A DNA stretch of 20,875 nucleotides, taken from assembly GCA_964454175.1 (NCBI GenBank), contig CAYVSA010000035.1, forward strand, positions 1 to 20,875, written 5' to 3'. Shown here piece after piece: positions 1 through 12,222 of this stretch. The position numbers and the translations under genes are program-made. Every line of letters begins with the position of its first letter. Within the stretch, counting starts at the first letter, position 1. Origin of the DNA: an uncultured Pseudomonadota bacterium. GTDB taxonomy: Bacteria > BMS3Abin14. The notes under the pieces were generated by a model. That model was not told the origin of the DNA. It did no database searches and saw only the letters and a list, made by a program, of their open reading frames with translations.

Positions 1-74
1 GCCAGCCACATCTCGCACCTTGTTTCTTCATCGGCTTTTCTGTAACACTCAATGATACCGCTTCTTGTCTGCAT
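1..74 (-). CDS. 5' end of a small hypothetical protein, truncated by the window edge (MQTRSGIIECYRKADEETRCEMWL...)
   Basis: ATG at 74-72 on the - strand, preceded by purine-rich GAGAGGGGG. Open frame to the window edge. Not in the ORF track. Lies downstream of a TetR-operator-like palindrome. Confidence 0.6.
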   Translation of the reverse strand, partial: MQTRSGIIECYRKADEETRCEMWL

Positions 75-148
75 ATTAATACCCCCTCTCATGCGGCCAC
101 AGGCTTACTCTTGCGGCCAGCATAAACTATTTCGCAGATCTCAATTTC

Positions 149-166
149 AGCACGAACGATCGTGCC
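149..166. promoter_or_regulatory. Putative TetR operator copy 2 (AGCACGAACGATCGTGCC)
   Basis: GCACGA-N4-TCGTGC inverted repeat. 15/18 identical to the reverse complement of the site in the tetR promoter (886-903). Confidence 0.7.
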
Positions 167-186
167 TGTGTTTATATAAAAAAACG

Positions 187-834
187 TCATTTCCACATTC
201 CGTTTCCGGGCCCGGATGCGGCTTTGCCGCCTGCCTGTTGGCTGCCGGACCTGTAGGATTCGAGTAGCCTTTCTAACGCTTCGTTGGACCGGTTTTCCGA
301 TGAGTGGTCCTTGAGCAGGCGGCTGTGAATATGATACCCACACACCAGGGACACCAACTCGAAGGCAAACTGCCGCGGGTCTGTGTCCTGTGAAAAATGC
401 CCTTCATAGGTGGCTATTCTCGCCGACTTGGCAAGCATGTCCAGAAGATCCTGCACCATTTCCACTATCTTTTCCCTGACAATACCGGGTCTGTCATCGA
501 ACTCCAGGGCGCTTGCTATGGCAAGGCATCCCCCAGGCACCTCTCCTCCGTCGATCCAGGTTTTCCAGTTGGTATAAATTGCCCTGATCCTGGGAATTCC
601 CCTGGGTTCTTTAAAGGCAGGGTTCATAACCTGCTCTACGAAAAGGTCTTCAACCCTTTGAACCACTTGCTTCTGCAGGCTTTTTTTTGATTTGAAATGC
701 GCAAACAGCCCACTCTTCGAAAGCCTGGTGGCCTTGGCAAGTTTTCCTATGGTGAGGTCCTCAAGGCCCGTGACACTGGCAAGATTCACAGCTTTTGAAA
801 GTATCTTCTCTCTTGTACGTGCGCCCTTGGACAT
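187..834 (-). CDS. TetR/AcrR family transcriptional regulator (215 aa)
   Basis: N-terminal HTH (TREKIL...GLEDLTIGKLAKATRLSKSGLFAHFKSK) and C-terminal GGC motif. Start reassigned to ATG 834 (MSKGARTR) with GGAG upstream; the 909 TTG start is actually the -35 TTGACA. Confidence 0.93.
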   Translation of the reverse strand: MSKGARTREKILSKAVNLASVTGLEDLTIGKLAKATRLSKSGLFAHFKSKKSLQKQVVQRVEDLFVEQVMNPAFKEPRGIPRIRAIYTNWKTWIDGGEVPGGCLAIASALEFDDRPGIVREKIVEMVQDLLDMLAKSARIATYEGHFSQDTDPRQFAFELVSLVCGYHIHSRLLKDHSSENRSNEALERLLESYRSGSQQAGGKAASGPGNGMWK

Positions 835-880
835 GGTCTCTCCGATTACCCCAAGCGGGATTTTATTGTTTCTGTCCCAA

Positions 881-909
881 CAAATAGCACGACCGTTCGT
901 TCTTGTCAA
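881..909 (-). promoter_or_regulatory. Sigma70-type tetR promoter with operator in the spacer
   Basis: - strand reads TTGACA (909-904), 17 nt, TATTTG (886-881) with an extended TG. The spacer is the palindrome AGAACGA-ACGG-TCGTGCT (903-886). Confidence 0.7.
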
Positions 910-948
910 GCCTGGGACTTGGGTCGTTGGGCCCGGGACAATGTCCAG

Positions 949-1146
949 TCACCTATTTCTCAGCTCGGTCACTGTATTGCCCCCGATGCCCCAATTATCC
1001 GTTTCCACTTCCTCTATTACAACGACGGTGGTAGCGGGGTTTTTGCCAAGGATCTCCACAAGAAGCCCTGTTATGCCCTTTATCAGCATCTTTTTCTGGT
1101 CTTGTGTAGCGCCCTCTCTGGTTATCTTGACGTTTACATATGGCAT
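949..1146 (-). CDS. 4-oxalocrotonate tautomerase family protein (65 aa)
   Basis: Starts M-P (catalytic Pro1) YVNVKIT. QKKMLIKGIT..L...LGK and EEV..DNWGIGG motifs. SD GGAGG within 1151-1156. Confidence 0.92.
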   Translation of the reverse strand: MPYVNVKITREGATQDQKKMLIKGITGLLVEILGKNPATTVVVIEEVETDNWGIGGNTVTELRNR

Positions 1147-1225
1147 GTTGTCCTCCAATCGGGTATTTTTAATAAGAGCCTGTATCAGGCAGCTTCAAAC
1201 CTGTTTACCTTTCAGGAGGGCTAGT

Positions 1226-1951
1226 ATGAACCAGGTCAGGGAATTCACTCTCAGGGAACTGGCCAGCTTCAACGGTGAGGAAGGCAGCCCTGTCTATATT
1301 GCCTTCGGGGGCAAGGTCTACGACGTCACCGGCAGTTCTTTCTGGCGCACCGGAACCCACCTTAACAGGCACGCCGCAGGCACCGATCTGACCGACCAGC
1401 TGGGAAGCGCTCCCCACGGCACGGACGTTTTCGAAAGGGAAGGCGTCGAGCAAGTTGGAGTACTGATTGATGACCCCTTCAGGGTCGGGCTCCCGGGACC
1501 GGTAAACTTTCTCCTGCGCAAACTCCCTGTCCTTAGGCGGCACATTCACCCTCCTACTGTACACTTTCCCATAGCCTTCATCGTGGCTGCCTCTCTCTTC
1601 ATGGTGTTACACCTTCTGGCTCCTGGGGCGCTCGGTCTTGATTTTGAGGAGCTTTCCTTTGTTATGCTCATACTCGGTGCCCTCTTCACGCCGCTTACCG
1701 TCGGTACGGGCTTTTTTACCTGGTGGGTGAATTACAGGCTGGTGCGTTCATTCAGGGTGAGGAACCTCATAGTGCTCTCCGTTCTGCTCGTCATTATTGA
1801 GGTGGCCGCCCTCGCCCTCAGATTTTCCGGGTCTGTAGATAAGTCGGGGATGGGGACCGTCTATTACGGCCTCGTACTGCTTGCAGGTCCTATAGTGATG
1901 CTGATGGGGTACAACGGCGGCCAGCTTGTCTTTCCCACACACACCAGGTAG
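1226..1951 (+). CDS. Cytochrome b5-like heme/steroid-binding domain fused to a DUF2231-like membrane domain (241 aa)
   Basis: SD AGGAGG at 1214-1219, ATG 1226. b5 motifs FT..EL..FNG..G.P.YIA..GKVYDVT, W..G.H...H.AG.DLT, APHG, followed by HP..VHFPIA and about 4 hydrophobic helices. Confidence 0.85.
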   Translation: MNQVREFTLRELASFNGEEGSPVYIAFGGKVYDVTGSSFWRTGTHLNRHAAGTDLTDQLGSAPHGTDVFEREGVEQVGVLIDDPFRVGLPGPVNFLLRKLPVLRRHIHPPTVHFPIAFIVAASLFMVLHLLAPGALGLDFEELSFVMLILGALFTPLTVGTGFFTWWVNYRLVRSFRVRNLIVLSVLLVIIEVAALALRFSGSVDKSGMGTVYYGLVLLAGPIVMLMGYNGGQLVFPTHTR

Positions 1952-2113
1952 GCTTTCCAGGGGGCCTTTCAGGCTTCAGCCTGATCTTCAGGTCGCGGGT
2001 GTCTCCTCCATTGGAGCCACTGTGTAGGTAGTGGCCGAAATGATCGCGCCCTGTACAGATAAAACCTGATCACATCAACAGCCATCCTGCCTGTTCAAGT
2101 ATAGCAGCCTGAG

Positions 2114-2926
2114 TTATTCTGTTCTGCAGTCTGTAAGCAAGACATTAACGTTGCCAGTCATGTTCAGCGTCGGAGAGGAAACCTGTGTTGAACCGGTGAT
2201 GCTTTCCGGGATCACTACACCCTGTATTTCCTGATAACTTACCGACATGTTCGTCTTTATGGTGTTTCTCAGTGAAATGATATCAGCTTCCAGGTTCTGA
2301 ATGACTTTTTTACCTTTTCTTTTACCATAGCGCTCTCTTATTTTCGTATCAACATCGGATTGCAGCTGTGTTCTTTCGCAGCTTGTTTCGTCGCACACGG
2401 TGTCCATGGTCTGGCCCTGGTACACATACTGAAAGAAGGCCCTGTCTGCCTCGGTATGGAACTCCAGGACTTTGTAGTCCGGTTCTTTCGGCCTGGTGTA
2501 GGAGGAAAATATGCCCTCCAGTATCATAGCTGCTCCGTCTATGGCCTGCCTGAATCCGTTTTCCATCATTCCAGCTCCCGCTCTGATCCGCTCCCTTGCG
2601 GGTCCGGTTATCTGTTCAGGTACTTCAACCCGCAGGTCCGGTTTTTTTACATCGAGCCCCTGCCCGGGGGAATAAACCATAATAAAATCCTGAAGGTTCT
2701 CCTTTATCGCTATGGCCCCCCCTGAGGCCTGCGACCTGTTGCGGGCTTCTGTCAGAGCATCGCCAAGTTCCGGCATAACAACCCTGCAAGTCAGGCGGTC
2801 AAAGCCCTGCGCGTCCAGGAAATAGAACCCGTCAGCATACTTGCTGAATGCCTGCCAGTTGTCGGCAGCCGCAGCTGCCGGAACCAGGAATAGAACCATA
2901 ATAGCCAGTGCTGCATTTCTCAACAT
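2114..2926 (-). CDS. Secreted/periplasmic hypothetical protein (270 aa)
   Basis: Sec signal peptide MLRNAALAIMVLFLVPAAAAA|, 4 Cys, beta-strand-rich C-terminal half. Confidence 0.8.
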   Translation of the reverse strand: MLRNAALAIMVLFLVPAAAAADNWQAFSKYADGFYFLDAQGFDRLTCRVVMPELGDALTEARNRSQASGGAIAIKENLQDFIMVYSPGQGLDVKKPDLRVEVPEQITGPARERIRAGAGMMENGFRQAIDGAAMILEGIFSSYTRPKEPDYKVLEFHTEADRAFFQYVYQGQTMDTVCDETSCERTQLQSDVDTKIRERYGKRKGKKVIQNLEADIISLRNTIKTNMSVSYQEIQGVVIPESITGSTQVSSPTLNMTGNVNVLLTDCRTE

Positions 2927-2981
2927 ATCGGACTCCAGTCGTTATTTATGGCGTTTTCACACCAGGGAGATCAGCCCCGCG

Positions 2982-3203
2982 TCAGGTGAGGACCTGGTAC
3001 AGCGCATAGAGTCCCAGCCCAACCGCTGCCAGGCCGTAGAAGCGGAACATGTAAACATAGACCGGTTCGACACTCAGATCCTCTTTCATATAAGAGGATG
3101 CATGTCGGCAAACCATCCTGACGACCACCCGGGGAAAAAGTGCGCAAAAAACCCCTATTCCGGTGACGAGCAGGGCGATACCAAGGGGCACGTAAAAGTC
3201 CAT
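2982..3203 (-). CDS. Small two-TM membrane hypothetical protein (73 aa)
   Basis: Two hydrophobic segments flanking a short loop with P...EP...R..G. Co-oriented with neighbours and fills the gap. No clear SD. Confidence 0.65.
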   Translation of the reverse strand: MDFYVPLGIALLVTGIGVFCALFPRVVVRMVCRHASSYMKEDLSVEPVYVYMFRFYGLAAVGLGLYALYQVLT

Positions 3204-3293
3204 GGTGCGTTCATGATAGTGTATGGAGGAAGCAATGGGAAGGGGGTCGTTGGATCAGGAACTGAAGGTCGGCGATCTGCGGAGTCCAGACGC

Positions 3294-3332
3294 AAAAAAA
3301 GCTCCGAGGCAATAGATGCCCCGGAGCTTTTT
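3294..3332 (-). terminator. Intrinsic terminator downstream of csp (potentially bidirectional)
   Basis: + strand reads A7-GCTCCG-A-GGCA-ataga-TGCC-C-CGGAGC-T5. On the - strand the hairpin is followed by U7, 18 nt after the csp stop. Confidence 0.85.
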
Positions 3333-3350
3333 GTCTGTCAGTAGTTTAAT

Positions 3351-3551
3351 TTAAGCGCTTTCGACGTTATTGGCCTGGGGGCCCTTGGGGCCGTCCTCTA
3401 CATCAAAGGTTACGCGCTGACCCTCGTCCAGGGTCTTGAAACCCTCAGCCTTGATAGCTGAAAAATGAACGAATACATCAGGGCCTTCTGCCTGCTCGAT
3501 GAATCCAAAACCTTTTGCCTCGTTAAACCACTTTACTGTTCCTTCTGCCAT
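3351..3551 (-). CDS. Cold-shock protein, CspA family (66 aa)
   Basis: GTVKWFN..KGFGFI (RNP1), DVFVHFSAI (RNP2), GPKGPQA. SD AAGGAG at 3564-3559. True start is ATG 3551, not 3608. Paralogue identity cannot be assigned. Confidence 0.97.
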   Translation of the reverse strand: MAEGTVKWFNEAKGFGFIEQAEGPDVFVHFSAIKAEGFKTLDEGQRVTFDVEDGPKGPQANNVESA

Positions 3552-3716
3552 GTTACTTCTCCTTTGTTCTGTTCTTTGTAGTTTTCCGGAACAGCAATTC
3601 TGATTCACAAAACAAAAGGCCCCGGAACATAAAGCGCGGGACCTTCAGATCATCCTCAACAAAGCTTATCCGTACCTACAAACATGATACCGTGGCAAAT
3701 CCCATCGGCGAGAGTC

Positions 3717-3745
3717 TGTATACGCTAAACAATTAAAGAGTGCAA
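3717..3745 (-). promoter_or_regulatory. Putative sigma70 promoter of csp
   Basis: TTGCAC (3745-3740), 17 nt, TATACA (3722-3717). Implies a ~160-nt 5' UTR, similar in length to the E. coli cspA leader. Confidence 0.6.
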
Positions 3746-3763
3746 GGGGTTTTTTCACTACCC

Positions 3764-4557
3764 CTACCTCCCCCGCGATTTGATCCGATCCCGTACCTTT
3801 TCGATCCGCCAGGAAACCATCTCCTTGTTGTCGTATTTTTCAAAGACCTCCTGATAGAGGCCGAGGGCCTCCTCCAGCTTTTCTTCCTCTTCCAGGGTTC
3901 CGGCAAGGTTGAATTTCGCGTCCAGGAAAAGATCTCCATCCGGATAGCGGAGGAGAAAGGTTCTCCAGGCATTTTCGGCTTCTGTTAGCTGCCCCTTTGA
4001 CTGCATTATCCCCGCAAGCTGAAAGTAGGCATCGTCCACCAGATCCGAGGCAGGATATTGTTCGATAAGTGTCCTGTATTCAACCTTTGCCTGGTCCAGT
4101 TTCAGAAGTTTATAGTAGCATTCAGCGATCCTGAACTGATACTGATCATCGCCCACAACCGTACTGAAGCCAGTAATAAGCTTATTGTACTCAACTATGG
4201 CTTTGCCGCAGTTGTCCAACTTGAATTCATATATTCGCGCCACATGTTCCTGGGCCTCCATCGCCCTTTTCCCTTCCGGAAAACGCTTTAACAGCTCACT
4301 GTAGTCATTGACTGCATCCATATATTTACTCATATAAAGAGAATAGATAAGAGCCCTCTGATAAAGGGCTTCTTCCACCTGTCTGGATTTGGGGTGTTTT
4401 ACGAGGATGTCGGTGAGTATTGAGACGGCTACACCAGGCTGATTGCCGTCAAGAGCAATCATTGCGCGAGTGAAAAGTTCCGCTTCCTTCCTGCCGGTGC
4501 AGGAAGTTAATAATGTCAGACAGGCGATCAGAAGAAGGACTCTTGAGCAGGTTCTCT

Positions 4558-4561
<4 letters not shown>
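3764..4561 (-). CDS. Tetratricopeptide-repeat lipoprotein (BamD/CpoB-like repeats)
   Basis: Lipobox L-T-S-C21. Repeated A...Y..L...YP.S....A motifs. ATGA overlap with the gyrA stop. Confidence 0.85.
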
Positions 4562-10647
<6,086 letters not shown>

Positions 10648-10649
10648 TG

Positions 10650-11768
10650 TCAGACGCGCATGGGCATGATAACCGCTATGTAGTCCGGATCGCTTTTCTG
10701 GGTTATCAGGCAGGGACTCAATTCGTCGGACAGTCCGAGGGAAATTTCCTCACTGTCCATCGTCCCGAGAGTATCCAGCATATATTTGGCGTTAAAAGTT
10801 ATTTCAACCTCCTCGCCGCCATATTGAATCTGCACCGACTCCGTAGCAGCTCCGAGGTCCGGGTTGGTTGTGTGAACAGTCAGCTCGCCCTCACTGAAGG
10901 CAAACCTCACCGCCCTGGATCTCTCCGACGACAACAGTGAAACCCTCCTGATGGCAGCCACGAGGGAGGCTCTTGAGATAACTGCTTCAGACATCTCACC
11001 CTGAGGGATCACCTGTTGATAGCTCGGGAAAGACATGTCTATCAACCTGGTTGTCAGAACAACGGAATCTTTTTTGAATATACCGTGCTGCTTGCCAAAG
11101 TCGAGATCAATAGTTCCATCACCTTCGTCCAGGAGCCGCTTGACCTCGTTAAGAGACTTTCTGGGTATGACAACACTCTCGCCTGGTCTTATTTTCCCGT
11201 CTGCTTTGCGTACAACCATGGCAAGCCTGTGCCCGTCGGTAGCGACCATCCTGACGCGGCTCTGGCCCGACTCTTCTTCCATGGAGAAAAGAATACCAGT
11301 CAGATTGTACCTGGTCTCGTCCGTAGAGGCGGCGTAAATGGTCTTTTTTATCATCTCCTTAAAAACGGTAGCGTCCAGAGAAAAGAGGTTAGCCTGGTCG
11401 TAGCCGGGAAGACTTGGAAAGTCCTGGGCCGGCAGCCCCTTAAGCTCGAAGTTAGATGTCCCGCATGTGATCTGGGATGTGTTGTCTTCGTTAACCTGGA
11501 CCGTTATTTCGGATTCTGCGGGCAGTTCCTTGATGATCTCGAAAAGTTTTCTTGCTGATACTGTTACGGCCCCCTCGCTTTTTGTCGCCGCATTCATAAA
11601 ACCGCTGAGACCAACTTCCATGTCCGTCGCCTGTAGTTTGAGCTTTTCACCAGTACCGTCAATAAGAACGTTACTCAGAATGGGTACCGTGTTCTTTCTC
11701 TCCACAATATTTTGAACCCGTGAGAGTCCCTGGAGAAATTCTTCCCTGTTCACAGAGAAAGCTAGCAC
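10650..11768 (-). CDS. dnaN: DNA polymerase III beta sliding clamp
   Basis: PILSNVLI, ATDME, ATDGHRLA, FP.Y..VIP, C-terminal MPMRV. GTG start with SD AGGAGG at 11780-11775. Confidence 0.99.
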   Translation of the reverse strand: MLAFSVNREEFLQGLSRVQNIVERKNTVPILSNVLIDGTGEKLKLQATDMEVGLSGFMNAATKSEGAVTVSARKLFEIIKELPAESEITVQVNEDNTSQITCGTSNFELKGLPAQDFPSLPGYDQANLFSLDATVFKEMIKKTIYAASTDETRYNLTGILFSMEEESGQSRVRMVATDGHRLAMVVRKADGKIRPGESVVIPRKSLNEVKRLLDEGDGTIDLDFGKQHGIFKKDSVVLTTRLIDMSFPSYQQVIPQGEMSEAVISRASLVAAIRRVSLLSSERSRAVRFAFSEGELTVHTTNPDLGAATESVQIQYGGEEVEITFNAKYMLDTLGTMDSEEISLGLSDELSPCLITQKSDPDYIAVIMPMRV

Positions 11769-11947
11769 AACTGACCTCCTGTTCTGTTAACCTGTTCTTT
11801 TCGCCGACAAAACAGGCCATCAAAAAACCAGGAAAACGTCAACCTGGTGAGATATTACCTGTTTTTCCAGAGAAAGATAAAGCTCCCGCTATTACCTCTT
11901 CGTATACGAACGGATATTGATGTTTTTTCCGGGGTAAATACACCACC

Positions 11948-12218
11948 GTTAAGTACTACTTAACACTTCTATGATTATAATTAAAATATAGTAGTAGGTA
12001 AAGAAGTAACTGTGTGTTCAGTGGAAAGGGCTGTAAATACTTAATAGTTAAAAACAACTACTGTGGGGGCGTCTGTGGGAGGATCTGTGGAGATTCTGAA
12101 AACATTCCACAGCCTTGCTCCCGAAAAAGTTTTCCACAGACTTTTCAAGAGATTATTCCAATAGGTTAAGAACAGGTTTTCACCAAACAGGATATTTCAC
12201 AGCATAGAGCGGTGCACA
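11948..12218. other. oriC: oriC (unwinding sub-region between dnaA and dnaN)
   Basis: AT-rich 11971-11990. DnaA-trio-like TAG TAG TAG gta AAG AAG TAA (11989-12009). Degenerate box pair at 12011-12028. CTGTGG x3 at 12061/12073/12085. Opposite-orientation boxes CATTCCACA 12103, TTTTCCACA 12130, TATTTCACA 12193. Confidence 0.85.
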
Positions 12219-12222
12219 GAGC

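Noticed and set aside
692-1225. 419-aa ORF 692..1951 as one long protein
   Set aside because: The first 178 codons are antisense to tetR and the tautomerase. The real gene starts at ATG 1226 behind AGGAGG.
3552-3608. N-terminally extended 85-aa Csp
   Set aside because: The SD and the standard [10 protein letters not shown] start are at 3551. The extension is 5' UTR.
11769-12222. Dam/SeqA-type GATC control of oriC, and a consensus IHF site
   Set aside because: Only one GATC (12082) seen in the spacer. The best IHF-like string (12038-12050) has three mismatches to WATCAANNNNTTR.
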